Below are positions 47,962 to 56,465 of a stretch of DNA of 64,000 bases, in pieces. The stretch comes from Ylistrum balloti (Eukaryota): the NCBI RefSeq assembly GCF_031769215.1, contig NW_026782979.1, positions 1 through 64,000 of the forward strand. Reading direction: 5' to 3'. Positions within the stretch are counted from its first letter, which is position 1, and each line of letters begins with the position of its first letter. The notes under the pieces were generated by a model that worked only from the letters and a program-made list of their open reading frames with translations, was not told where the DNA came from and searched no databases. A program made the position numbers and the translations under genes.

Positions 47962-48242
47962 ACTTTAATCCTCATAATTTCTTGTGCATCTCGTACTTGT
48001 CTGCGTGTTGGCCATACTAAAAAGACCAACAACCAGATAAGTACCTGTGTTGTTAATACCACGGATGGTTTAGCCATCATGTATTTATGCACGACTAAAC
48101 TCAAGGTTATGGCAACAAATAAGACACATAACGTACTGGTGACATAGACAATTTCGTAATAGAACCGTAATAATCCTGTATTTTTCTTCTCTTCATACTC
48201 CTGTTTTGGGAGCTCCCAATATGAATTCCACTGGGATTTCAT
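47958..48242 (-). CDS. Hypothetical membrane protein
   Basis: Two TM segments; ATGA overlap with gemA. Confidence 0.55.
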   Translation of the reverse strand: MKSQWNSYWELPKQEYEEKKNTGLLRFYYEIVYVTSTLCVLFVAITLSLVVHKYMMAKPSVVLTTQVLIWLLVFLVWPTRRQVRDAQEIMRIKV

Positions 48243-48544
48243 TTATTTGTCATCCGGGACGGATTAAGTTGACACATATCACTTAGATAGTTAGCAATTT
48301 CTTTTTGTTTATGTTTTTTGATTGCTTTTTTAAGTAAAAAGACTGTTCTTCTGGTGGGTAGCACCGAAACATAATCACCATCTTCTTTGTGGTAAAGCTC
48401 GCCAAACCGTCTCAAACTGCAATCATCACGAAACGCGCATCCATTAAAATCCCACTTATTAAAGCCATGTATAAAAATCCTTGTTCTTTTTCTCTCTCAT
48501 ACTCCTGTTGGATATTATGAATTCCACTGGGATTTCATTTATTT
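48193..48544. repeat. Direct repeat pair: 29-bp identical block plus 13-bp block
   Basis: TATGAATTCCACTGGGATTTCATTTATTT at 48220-48248 and 48516-48544; TCATACTCCTGTT at 48193-48205 and 48497-48509. Confidence 0.9.
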
Positions 48545-48590
48545 TCAGGAATAGAGTTAAAAAAAGAAAAGACTGGCTTCACTCATTTCT

Positions 48591-49121
48591 CTACCTCTTT
48601 ATCCGCTGTTTTACACTTTCAGCATTGGTTTTAATAAAAAACTCATCTTCTTGTTTTAGACATAGCCCTAAGTGAGCTAATTCATTGCCAGATAACTTTT
48701 TAAGTTCTGCTTTTTTAAGTTTCGTAACTCGCTCTAAATAGCGATGCAGGGTGCCATAGGGATAAAAGTAATCTTCAACTCGATTAATGACCTCTTTTTC
48801 CTTAATACCTTCGAGCCTCTCTAGCTTTTTACTTGATTTGCGGTACCCAAACTCACCAGACGGAATCTTAATGCTGCGTGGCTTTACAAATAGTTTTGGA
48901 TTTTTGTCTGCGAAATACGTTAACTTCGATTCTAGATCTGCTTTTCTAGTTAAATAATCTTCTGCCAACGCCTCAGCCCTGGCTTTTGCAGCCTCGACCT
49001 GTTCGTTTAGCTCATGGTCTATTGCTTCTATGGCTCTATTAATCAGAGCAAGCTCACTATGAACCTCTTTTGCTTCATTAAGATTTTTTATTGGTTGTAT
49101 TTTTGGCTTAACGCGGTTCAT
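48591..49121 (-). CDS. gam: Host-nuclease inhibitor Gam
   Basis: Coiled coil, KPRSIKIPSGEFGYRKS, QEDEFFIK; early region. Confidence 0.88.
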   Translation of the reverse strand: MNRVKPKIQPIKNLNEAKEVHSELALINRAIEAIDHELNEQVEAAKARAEALAEDYLTRKADLESKLTYFADKNPKLFVKPRSIKIPSGEFGYRKSSKKLERLEGIKEKEVINRVEDYFYPYGTLHRYLERVTKLKKAELKKLSGNELAHLGLCLKQEDEFFIKTNAESVKQRIKR

Positions 49122-49408
49122 GCTGCTAATTCCCCTCGATCAATTGCGTCTTGTACAGCAAGAGTGATTTCGTCTTTTGCGGTTTCATTTGCTTTGATAA
49201 AATCTTTAAGATTTTGAATCATACCGCTTTCAGCCTGGTCGCCAACTAATAAATCAAGTAAAGCTCTAGCAGCAGAGCTTATAGATCCGTAATAACGACG
49301 ATCTGTAACATGTCTAGATTCTTGTGTTTTTTTGCTTATTTGTATTCTTTGAATAGCAAAATTATGCTTATCTATTCTGACAATTCGGTAGTTTGTAACT
49401 TCAATCAT
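49118..49408 (-). CDS. Hypothetical early protein
   Basis: NYRIVRIDKHNFAIQ...RRYYGSISSA; coupled to neighbours. Confidence 0.65.
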   Translation of the reverse strand: MIEVTNYRIVRIDKHNFAIQRIQISKKTQESRHVTDRRYYGSISSAARALLDLLVGDQAESGMIQNLKDFIKANETAKDEITLAVQDAIDRGELAA

Positions 49409-49620
49409 TATTTATCTTCTTTCTTATGGGTATGAATCGTGCAGCTAGTCTCAACAACAAACTCAAACGTCTTACCGCACTCATGGCAGCGGTCTTCTTG
49501 TATAAGTTCTTCGTCAGGATCGAAAAAACCAATACCCTGAGCTGTGTCGCAATACGGACAGGTTGCTACTACTTCATGGTCTATTTGTATTTCAGCTTCT
49601 TTCATCGCTTCTAATAACAT
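49408..49620 (-). CDS. Small zinc-finger protein
   Basis: CPYC ... CHEC. Confidence 0.7.
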   Translation of the reverse strand: MLLEAMKEAEIQIDHEVVATCPYCDTAQGIGFFDPDEELIQEDRCHECGKTFEFVVETSCTIHTHKKEDK

Positions 49621-49823
49621 CCTTCTTCTCCTTCCAGGGCCCAGCTAGCTATATTTTTTACAGCTCTAACCTGGGCATAGGTAAGCGCATCTTGCGCGAG
49701 AATATCTTCTAAAAAGTCTAGAGTTTGGGTGTTTAGCTTGATTTCGTCGTTGTTGTGGCGATCTAAAATACGCTCAATTAGCTCGTGAGGAACTATTGCG
49801 TCGTGGCAAGGAAGACCGCTCAT
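49611..49823 (-). CDS. Hypothetical early protein
   Basis: ATGA overlap; acidic helical. Confidence 0.6.
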   Translation of the reverse strand: MSGLPCHDAIVPHELIERILDRHNNDEIKLNTQTLDFLEDILAQDALTYAQVRAVKNIASWALEGEEGCY

Positions 49824-50047
49824 GATGCTGCCTTGTGTTGTTTGTATTCAAGGTCTTTGACTAATTCGTCAAGTAAAGCAACTATCTCTGAGACACTCTC
49901 CGAATAAAACTCCTGCCAAACATGCGCAATAGAAGGATCTTCACAGGCCGGTAGTTCTTTATTAATCGAAAATAACGCACCAGAAATGTCTTTTAACGCT
50001 TGAACTAACTTTTCGTTGTCGGCCTTTTGTAAATACGCAGCACTCAT
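49820..50047 (-). CDS. Hypothetical early protein
   Basis: ATGA overlaps. Confidence 0.6.
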   Translation of the reverse strand: MSAAYLQKADNEKLVQALKDISGALFSINKELPACEDPSIAHVWQEFYSESVSEIVALLDELVKDLEYKQHKAAS

Positions 50048-50224
50048 GAGAAAACCGCTTTCTTAACAGCCCGAAAAGACTGAGCAAATTCATCCCACTT
50101 ATCTGTAAAATTAATAACATTCCAGGAGGGGTTTTCATTAGCGTCGCCAAACGAAAACATCCTGTAACGATCATCAGCCAGGCATTTCGCAGCAAAACAT
50201 CAAGCTATCGAGATTGCCATCCAT
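50044..50224 (-). pseudogene. Small early gene with one extra base in a T4 run
   Basis: MDGNLDSLMF then AAKCLADDRYRMFSFGD...KKAVFS*. Span is 181 nt (60 codons + 1); the stop overlaps the next ATG. Confidence 0.4.
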
Positions 50225-50408
50225 ATAATCTCTCGGTCATTAACACCTTATTGATGGCATCAATAAGTCGAAGAATTGCGCCTAGCTGTGTTTTGTTTAT
50301 TGCCAGCAAGTGGTATTGTTCTTCAAATTCAATAACTTGTTTTATTTTCAGCAAAAAACAACGACTCCAGTATGTTGCAAAGATTGCAAAGTTTTTTAAC
50401 AAATCCCA

Positions 50409-51320
50409 TTACGCAGCTCCCTGTAAGCTTTGATAGGCAAGCCTTAGATTCTTATCTGTAATATTGCCTTCACCTTTCGCCAGCACCGCTAGACGTATTG
50501 TTTTCACAACACCCCGCAAGGCTCCTGGCTCTTTAGCTACCTCTTGTAATAACTTAAGCTCTTCTTTACCGGTAATCTCCCACTGCTTAGCTAATGCGTT
50601 AACGTCTTTTGCTAAAGGCTTACTAAGTCTTAATTTTCTACCAACGCGACTAAAGAGTTGTGCAAAGGTTGCTTGCCTGCCTGCACCGCTAAGCTTGACA
50701 TAAACAGATTCATTGCCAACAAGAGCGATACCAATACCGCTCGCATCGTAAATAGAACGCAGTTCCTCAACGCTTTCTTGTCTTAAATGCTGTGCTTCGT
50801 CAATGATTAATAAGCCGCCAGTACCAGAAAGACGTGCAATAATATCTTTTTCCATGCGGTCTACAGGCTGATAGCGATCGTACTTAAGACCAATGGTATG
50901 ACAGATTGCTACCAGGCAGTTTTGTAGTGATGCGGTAGCAGGGGTTGCGGTAAACAGATAAACATTGTTGTGTTGGGCTTGGTAGTGCTTGCAGGTCACG
51001 GTTTTACCTAAACCTGCACCACCATAGACAACAACCAAGTCTTCTGCGTTATGAGCATAACGTAGCGATGCAAAAATCTTATCACTTGTTGGGGTTTTAG
51101 TGTAGGCAAACTCTTTTAAGTGCAAACTTGCCTTTTGTTTACGTGTCTCTAGCCATTTCTCGGCCTTTTCAGTAATAACATCGTTATTACCACCATACTC
51201 ACCCTTAAGCCAGCGACTAAGTGCGGTAGGGCTTACGCCAATTTCTTTGGCTGTCTGCTCCTGGGTGAGGTTGTATTTCTCGGCTTCCGCCTTTACACTG
51301 TTTCTAAGCTCTTTGGTCAC
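50409..51320 (-). CDS. MuB-like transposition ATPase
   Basis: N-terminal HTH, Walker A GGAGLGKT, Walker B LLIIDEAQHL, GIALVGN. Confidence 0.95.
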   Translation of the reverse strand: MTKELRNSVKAEAEKYNLTQEQTAKEIGVSPTALSRWLKGEYGGNNDVITEKAEKWLETRKQKASLHLKEFAYTKTPTSDKIFASLRYAHNAEDLVVVYGGAGLGKTVTCKHYQAQHNNVYLFTATPATASLQNCLVAICHTIGLKYDRYQPVDRMEKDIIARLSGTGGLLIIDEAQHLRQESVEELRSIYDASGIGIALVGNESVYVKLSGAGRQATFAQLFSRVGRKLRLSKPLAKDVNALAKQWEITGKEELKLLQEVAKEPGALRGVVKTIRLAVLAKGEGNITDKNLRLAYQSLQGAA

Positions 51321-53452
51321 AAGATACTCCTTTTGACGGGGAGCTCAAGAGCGGCGGCGGTGAAGAGTTCTTCAAAGTCAGATTGGTCGTCGTCCTTTAA
51401 AGAAACCTCGCCGCCGTTCGCTACTTTCTTAAGCTCTGGGGTTGTAAATAATCCTTCAATAATATTGGGTTCTGGTAGATCTACTGCTGGTATATCTTCA
51501 TTTATTTCTAAGGCTCTTTTACCAACCTCTAGAGCATCTAAGGCAGTCTTAGCATTTGCTGCTTTCTTAACTGATTTTTGCCAGCTACGTTTAGCACGGT
51601 TATATGTTTGAGCGTCTTTTCGACTTTGATAACCACCTTTTAATTGACATTCAGCTTTTCCTAGATATCTGCCAGACAAATCATAGACGAACAAAGTCTC
51701 ATGTAGGTCATCAGGATCAAACCGAACCGTTACTTTTTGTCCTGCATATTTCAAAAGAAACTCAGACCAATAGCGATTCTCAAACAGTCTTATCTGGCCA
51801 GCATGGCTCTTTGATTTGACCATTACCGATTCAGCCATTGTTAGTAGCTCTCGTTCTTGCTGATCAGTTAAATACCGTACTCGTGTACGTGCGTAAGATT
51901 CGTTAAAGGTTTCATCAAAACTACGACCGTTTGCGGTTTTCGTTCTGCGACCTTCACGGCTGTTATGTAGGGATATACCTTGCTCGACAACTGTTAGAAA
52001 TGTTTGATAATTAGCTGGCTTACCTTTTCCGCTTTTACCCCAACCGTAATCTGGTTTACTTGTTGGTTTATTACCGGTATAACTACCGGCTAAGGCTGGA
52101 TGTTTCGCAATATTGGCAACAAGGTCACCAAAAGCGCGTTCAATTGGCTTGCTTTGACCATGTCCTGGTGTGACAAAAACACAATTGACATCAAGAAGTT
52201 TTAGTGTTCCTACTGGATCACAGTCTTTAATTTTGAAACGAAAACGCTTATTAGTACCGCCTGTAAATTGTTTAGAGCTAAAAGCTCTACCGTTATCTAA
52301 ATGTGCAGATCTAGGTACTCCATAACTGCGACATAAGTCACCAAAAGAGGCCATGATGCTATTTAGACATTCTGTTTCAGTTAGTCGCCAAGCTAAAACT
52401 TTGCGACTATAGACATCCTGCCAGGCTAGTAGCGACAGGCGGATAATCCGCTTATCTGGCATTTCTACCCAGGTATCAAAGGTGTGGCCATCGGCGTTTA
52501 CGATCTCTAGTGCAGATAGATTAGTTTCATCTCGTTCTTGGTAAGGATAGAGCCTTTCTAATGCTTTTGGACCTTCTCGTTTTAATGTGATTTCAGCGGG
52601 TTTAAACTCTTTTTCAAGACGACGTTTAAAGGTCTTTTCGCTCGCAATTGTTTTGTAATTTAAGGTTTTGGCATATCTTTTAGTGCGGAGCCAGCAAGCC
52701 CTGAGCCCTGGCTTCTCGACTCTTAGGTAATCAGCAATGAAATACTGCCAAATATCTTGTGGTATGTTTTCTTCTTTACCGACACCGCGATAGGTTGGGA
52801 GTAGTAAACATAGCCAATCTTGTTTCTGGTAGTTTTGGGTGGCATTTAACCATCGCCTTAAAGAGGCAGTACTAACATTAAATTCCTGAGCTGTTAGTGT
52901 TAGAGCTGCTGTTTTCTTGGTCTTTTTGGTAACAAGAGACGTATAGTACTTAACAGCTTCTAGGCGTTTCTGTGCCTCTTCTCGATGTTTGTCTGTTGCT
53001 TGATCCCAGCGTAGCCATAATTGTTCTGAGGCGATAGGCTTTTTTTGCACATTTTTCTTCACTTTTTGCGCTACTGACTTAGGGTTCTTGATGGATGTTT
53101 GTGTATCATCTATTAACGTCAAATCTGCTTGTGTATCACTTTTCTTGTTTTTTGAGAGACAAGATGTCGGAGCCGGCAAGGCAGCCAATCCATTGTTTAG
53201 GTGTGTTTCTGGTTGGTTAGATACCGGCTCCGACAAAGATTGTTCTAGCTTTTTCTTAAGTCGCTCTAATTCTGGATCGATCCTGATTGTTTGTTTTTCT
53301 AGCCAAGCCTCAATCTCATGTTCTAGGTAGTAGACTTCGCCTAGGCGCTTATAGGAAGCAGGGCCGTAATCACGGGATCGCCAGCACTCTAGGGTTCTGA
53401 TCGACCTATCCATCAACTTGGCTGCTTGAGCTGTCGTGAGCTTGGTGGTCAT
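51317..53452 (-). CDS. MuA-like DDE transposase
   Basis: NADGHTFD, HLDNGRAF, GQSKPIERAF (D-D-E); VTVRFDPDDL; N-terminal HTH_17-type domain. Confidence 0.95.
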   Translation of the reverse strand: MTTKLTTAQAAKLMDRSIRTLECWRSRDYGPASYKRLGEVYYLEHEIEAWLEKQTIRIDPELERLKKKLEQSLSEPVSNQPETHLNNGLAALPAPTSCLSKNKKSDTQADLTLIDDTQTSIKNPKSVAQKVKKNVQKKPIASEQLWLRWDQATDKHREEAQKRLEAVKYYTSLVTKKTKKTAALTLTAQEFNVSTASLRRWLNATQNYQKQDWLCLLLPTYRGVGKEENIPQDIWQYFIADYLRVEKPGLRACWLRTKRYAKTLNYKTIASEKTFKRRLEKEFKPAEITLKREGPKALERLYPYQERDETNLSALEIVNADGHTFDTWVEMPDKRIIRLSLLAWQDVYSRKVLAWRLTETECLNSIMASFGDLCRSYGVPRSAHLDNGRAFSSKQFTGGTNKRFRFKIKDCDPVGTLKLLDVNCVFVTPGHGQSKPIERAFGDLVANIAKHPALAGSYTGNKPTSKPDYGWGKSGKGKPANYQTFLTVVEQGISLHNSREGRRTKTANGRSFDETFNESYARTRVRYLTDQQERELLTMAESVMVKSKSHAGQIRLFENRYWSEFLLKYAGQKVTVRFDPDDLHETLFVYDLSGRYLGKAECQLKGGYQSRKDAQTYNRAKRSWQKSVKKAANAKTALDALEVGKRALEINEDIPAVDLPEPNIIEGLFTTPELKKVANGGEVSLKDDDQSDFEELFTAAALELPVKRSIL

Positions 53453-53798
53453 TTAGGCTTGTGACTCACTTTTTTTGTTATAAGGTGCCATAACACGGTT
53501 CCAGGATTTAATTACATCACCTTTCATGCGATTGCGGGCCATATCTACATATAAGCCAAAATATCTAAGAACACTACTGGGCCCGCAACTATCGCGCTAC
53601 CCATAGGTAAAAGAACGCATTGAATGTGGTACGCAGGTTCAGCAAAACGACAGTTTTCTATATAACAAGAAACAGTTCCTGCGGTTTATGGCTCTAGATT
53701 TTCTAGCAATTTTGTTGCGCTTTCTGTTTTTAAGCTTACGGTTTAAGTCCGCAGATTTTTTGTCTTTTTGTGTGTTTTTCTTCATTAGATATAGGTCT

Positions 53799-54161
53799 TT
53801 AATCATTTTTGATATCGCTTTTCTCTACCTCGTAGGCGTAGATATCGACAGACACGTCAGCACCAACATTAAAAACCTCCGTAATGCCCCCGGAGCTAGT
53901 AACGGTAACTTGCTCGTGGCACAGAAGTCGATTAATTTCTTCGATATTGCCATAGTGACTCTCAGCCCATTGTATAGCTGCATCTTCATGATCAATTGCG
54001 CTTATCGTTTCTATATCGCCATCGTGATCTATTGCAACTTTTCCAAAATCGTCATCGAAATCCCAAGCCCATTGCGAAGCTGCATCATAATGATCAGTTG
54101 CGCTTATCGTTTTTTTGTTGCCATCGTGATCTATTACGTACTCTTCCTTAACCGTGCTCAT
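53799..54161 (-). CDS. Acidic hypothetical protein with two 34-aa internal repeats
   Basis: YVIDHDGNKKTISATDHYDAASQWA and VAIDHDGDIETISAIDHEDAAIQWA; DNA repeat period 102 bp. Confidence 0.7.
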   Translation of the reverse strand: MSTVKEEYVIDHDGNKKTISATDHYDAASQWAWDFDDDFGKVAIDHDGDIETISAIDHEDAAIQWAESHYGNIEEINRLLCHEQVTVTSSGGITEVFNVGADVSVDIYAYEVEKSDIKND

Positions 54162-54169
54162 TGTAAACC

Positions 54170-54409
54170 TTAATTCTTTTTCTGATGGCTATATCTATAC
54201 ATGTACATGGCAAAGGTGCCAAAGATTAGAAAGCATAGTTCGATTAGGATTACTGTTTTTTCAAAGGTTCCTACTTCTGGCATCATTCGTACAAACATAT
54301 AAGAGAAGAGAGAACCTAGTGTTATGATTGGAGTGGATGCAAAAACAACAAATGAAGATAAGAAGGATAATGTCACGTGAAGTATATTTACTAGTGTTTT
54401 AGTTGACAT
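54170..54409 (-). CDS. Hypothetical membrane protein
   Basis: Two hydrophobic segments. Confidence 0.55.
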   Translation of the reverse strand: MSTKTLVNILHVTLSFLSSFVVFASTPIITLGSLFSYMFVRMMPEVGTFEKTVILIELCFLIFGTFAMYMYRYSHQKKN

Positions 54410-54686
54410 GATTTAAGTCTTGTTTTGCTGTGCTTACGTGTTTTTGATGGGCTGCTTCTATTTCTTTACCAAGATTAATCATCTGCCGAGCCGTCCGTCT
54501 AGCAGTCATAAGAGCCTCAACTCTAGTAGCTGCTTTCTGGGTACTGAATAACAGCATCGTTATTAATGTTTTTTTACTGAGTCGTGATAACTCGTAAATA
54601 ACGTCTTCCAGGATGGCTTCTTTAGCCAGGCTCCCGTATTCTTGACCGTTATCAAGGGTAATGTGTTTTGGTTTTTTAGGTGTCAT
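54399..54686 (-). CDS. Hypothetical early protein
   Basis: Likely start MTPKKPK at 54686 via ATGA overlap. Confidence 0.6.
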   Translation of the reverse strand: MTPKKPKHITLDNGQEYGSLAKEAILEDVIYELSRLSKKTLITMLLFSTQKAATRVEALMTARRTARQMINLGKEIEAAHQKHVSTAKQDLNHVN

Positions 54687-54832
54687 TTCTTTACGTACCC
54701 CGCTATTTCGCAAAGCTCTTTAAGTTCTGATGGTTTAATTTGTTTATTCACAGAAACAACAGCGACGCTCAAAAAGAGAGAAACGCAAACAATAAACGTC
54801 ACGACAATTACTTCGCTACCATCTAATTTCAT
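54683..54832 (-). CDS. 49-aa membrane peptide (below track cutoff)
   Basis: MKLDGSEVIVVTFIVCVSLFLSVAVVSVNKQIKPSELKELCEIAGYVKK; ATGA overlaps at both ends. Confidence 0.6.
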   Translation of the reverse strand: MKLDGSEVIVVTFIVCVSLFLSVAVVSVNKQIKPSELKELCEIAGYVKK

Positions 54833-55080
54833 GATTTATCACCTTCTAGTTCGTTAATAATTGCGTTTAAATGTTTAGCTACACTGGCTAGTTTTTCAAC
54901 GTCTTTCCAGGTTAGGGTTTCGGGTTCGCGCATGAGGGTCTCTGTGTAAGCCCTACTGACACAAGAGGCGCATGTAAGGCTGTCATTAATGTCAGCAAGG
55001 CAGCAACGGATAGCGTTTTTTAAGCGTATGGCTGGTGCAATAAAGTCCAGCCCTTGGGGTATTTCTTTATATGTGTTCAT
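54829..55080 (-). CDS. Hypothetical early protein
   Basis: First ORF after the repeat-rich spacer; coupled downstream. Confidence 0.6.
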   Translation of the reverse strand: MNTYKEIPQGLDFIAPAIRLKNAIRCCLADINDSLTCASCVSRAYTETLMREPETLTWKDVEKLASVAKHLNAIINELEGDKS

Positions 55081-55140
55081 TTTTGTTCCTTTTTTCTGGT
55101 TTTAAAACGGTGTTTTAGGTGTTAAGTGTTTCTTTCTAGT

Positions 55141-55209
55141 AACCGAAACCGACCGCAGTTCGCCGAAGTTGACCGAAGTTAGTACTGCATTTGTTAAAAA
55201 TGGTTAATA
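55141..55209. promoter_or_regulatory. 10-bp-phased direct repeats downstream of the Ner-position gene
   Basis: AACCGAAACC / GACCGCAGTT / CGCCGAAGTT / GACCGAAGTT (55141-55180); TTGTTAAAAA / TGGTTAATAA (55191-55210). Confidence 0.55.
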
Positions 55210-55212
55210 AAC

Positions 55213-55425
55213 TCATTCGTCAACTGCTCGCCGTATTTCTGGATCGACAAGTTCGGAATTTTTAATCATCCACGCTACAATGTCATACCTAAAGTAATAA
55301 ACAGAATGGCCATTTTTTAGGTGCTTAGGGCCTTTCCCTTGACAACGCCAGACTTTTAAAGTCCCTGGCGTTATACCTAGAATTTTTGCAGCTTCCCTGC
55401 TTGTTAATCTTCTCTGTATAGCCAT
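55213..55425 (-). CDS. AlpA/excisionase-type HTH regulator at the Ner/Cro position
   Basis: LTSREAAKILGITPGTLKVWRCQGKGP...VYYFRYDIVAW. Confidence 0.9.
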   Translation of the reverse strand: MAIQRRLTSREAAKILGITPGTLKVWRCQGKGPKHLKNGHSVYYFRYDIVAWMIKNSELVDPEIRRAVDE

Positions 55426-55448
55426 TGTTGATTATTTTCTACTTTAGG

Positions 55449-55477
55449 TGGTTAATATTGGTTAATAATTGTTAATT
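55449..55477. promoter_or_regulatory. Candidate operator: GTTAAT three times at 10-bp period between divergent regulators
   Basis: GTTAATATTG / GTTAATAATT / GTTAATT. Confidence 0.5.
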
Positions 55478-55517
55478 GTATATTTATTTCAACATTTAGT
55501 CAAACGATTGGTGATTT

Positions 55518-56045
55518 ATGTCGACAAAAATAGGGGAAAGATTAAAAAAAGTCAGAAAAATCAATAGGTTAAGCCAAGAAGAAATGTCGACTATTATGAA
55601 CATATCAAGACACACTTTAATAAAATACGAAAACGACACATCGTCGCCGAGCATGAGCTTCATAGAGGATTTATGTTCACAGTTTCTTATTGACCCTATT
55701 TGGGCATTTACAGGACAAGGCCATGAACCAATTCCTGCAAGCCAGCAAGAATCGGATTTCGCTGTGCCGGCAAACAAGAAACCCACACCCCGTAAAGGGC
55801 GGCACGAAGGCAAAGAATTGCGCCTGGCATTAATCAGGGGAAGAGTCGGCCTAGAAGACCTAAAACACTTAACAATGCTGTCAGGGCAAGAGCTTTACGA
55901 TATGTTTGATTCTGAAACAATATCGCAAGAACATGCAGAAATAATTGAGGCTGCCTTAGGCCGAAACCCATTAACAGACAGGCCGCCTGATTCTTTAAAA
56001 GATACGGGTACAGAGGGATGGGGAAATCAAAGAGAATCGGCTTAG
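55518..56045 (+). CDS. Prophage repressor, XRE HTH with a second C-terminal HTH-like segment
   Basis: IGERLKKVR...LSQEEMS..MNISRHTLIKYEND; divergent from the early operon; no S24 motif seen. Confidence 0.85.
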   Translation: MSTKIGERLKKVRKINRLSQEEMSTIMNISRHTLIKYENDTSSPSMSFIEDLCSQFLIDPIWAFTGQGHEPIPASQQESDFAVPANKKPTPRKGRHEGKELRLALIRGRVGLEDLKHLTMLSGQELYDMFDSETISQEHAEIIEAALGRNPLTDRPPDSLKDTGTEGWGNQRESA

Positions 56046-56174
56046 TAGTTGATAATACAGGTTTTTTAGAGCAGCGGTTGTTGTTTCAAAAAAGGGGTTC
56101 ATCCGAAATTGGAATTAATACAGGGTGGCTTGAGCGACAAGAAGCCGCTTGATTAAGATGTTTTATTTATATTC

Positions 56175-56229
56175 TTTTTAAATGCTCTGTAAATATCCTT
56201 GAAAGATTCTTGCAATTTTGTTGCAAGAG
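56175..56229 (+). repeat. Five tandem degenerate 11-bp units near the prophage left end
   Basis: TTTTTAAATGC / TCTGTAAATAT / CCTTGAAAGAT / TCTTGCAATTT / TGTTGCAAGAG. Confidence 0.65.
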
Positions 56230-56353
56230 ATAGAAAAAGTTGCAAGCAAATTGTCCTTTTTGTTGAAAATGTCTAAAAACAGGGACAGATGTTTGCAACT
56301 TTTTTTTGTGATTTTTGATTGTTTCATGTTGCTTGAGGCCGCATAAACAGTAG

Positions 56354-56420
56354 TTAAAACCACCTCTCCCCGTTTAAAACCGCCTCTCCCCACTTTTTTC
56401 AAACCTCGTGGCTCCTGACA
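56354..56420 (-). other. Candidate prophage left end with two 20-bp-spaced repeats
   Basis: TTAAAACC(A/G)CCTCTCCCC twice. In phage orientation the segment begins TGTCA at 56420. Confidence 0.4.
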
Positions 56421-56465
56421 AGAATAATGCGTAAATTTTAATTTTATGAAGGAGAAGTTTTAACC

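Larger units (their letters stand above)
20873..56420 (-). mobile_element. Mu-like transposable prophage (myovirus-type tail), right end missing
   Basis: Complete Mu-like gene order from repressor and A/B through lysis, head, tail and baseplate. The left boundary at 56420 is inferred; the right boundary is set by the IS3. Confidence 0.95.

Noticed and set aside
48193-48544. Possible DGR template/variable repeat or CRISPR-like repeat
   Set aside because: No reverse transcriptase or cas gene in the window, only two copies, and the differences are not adenine-specific.
56354-56392. Tandem 20-bp repeats as a mini-CRISPR
   Set aside because: No spacers; repeat length and context fit transposase sites better.
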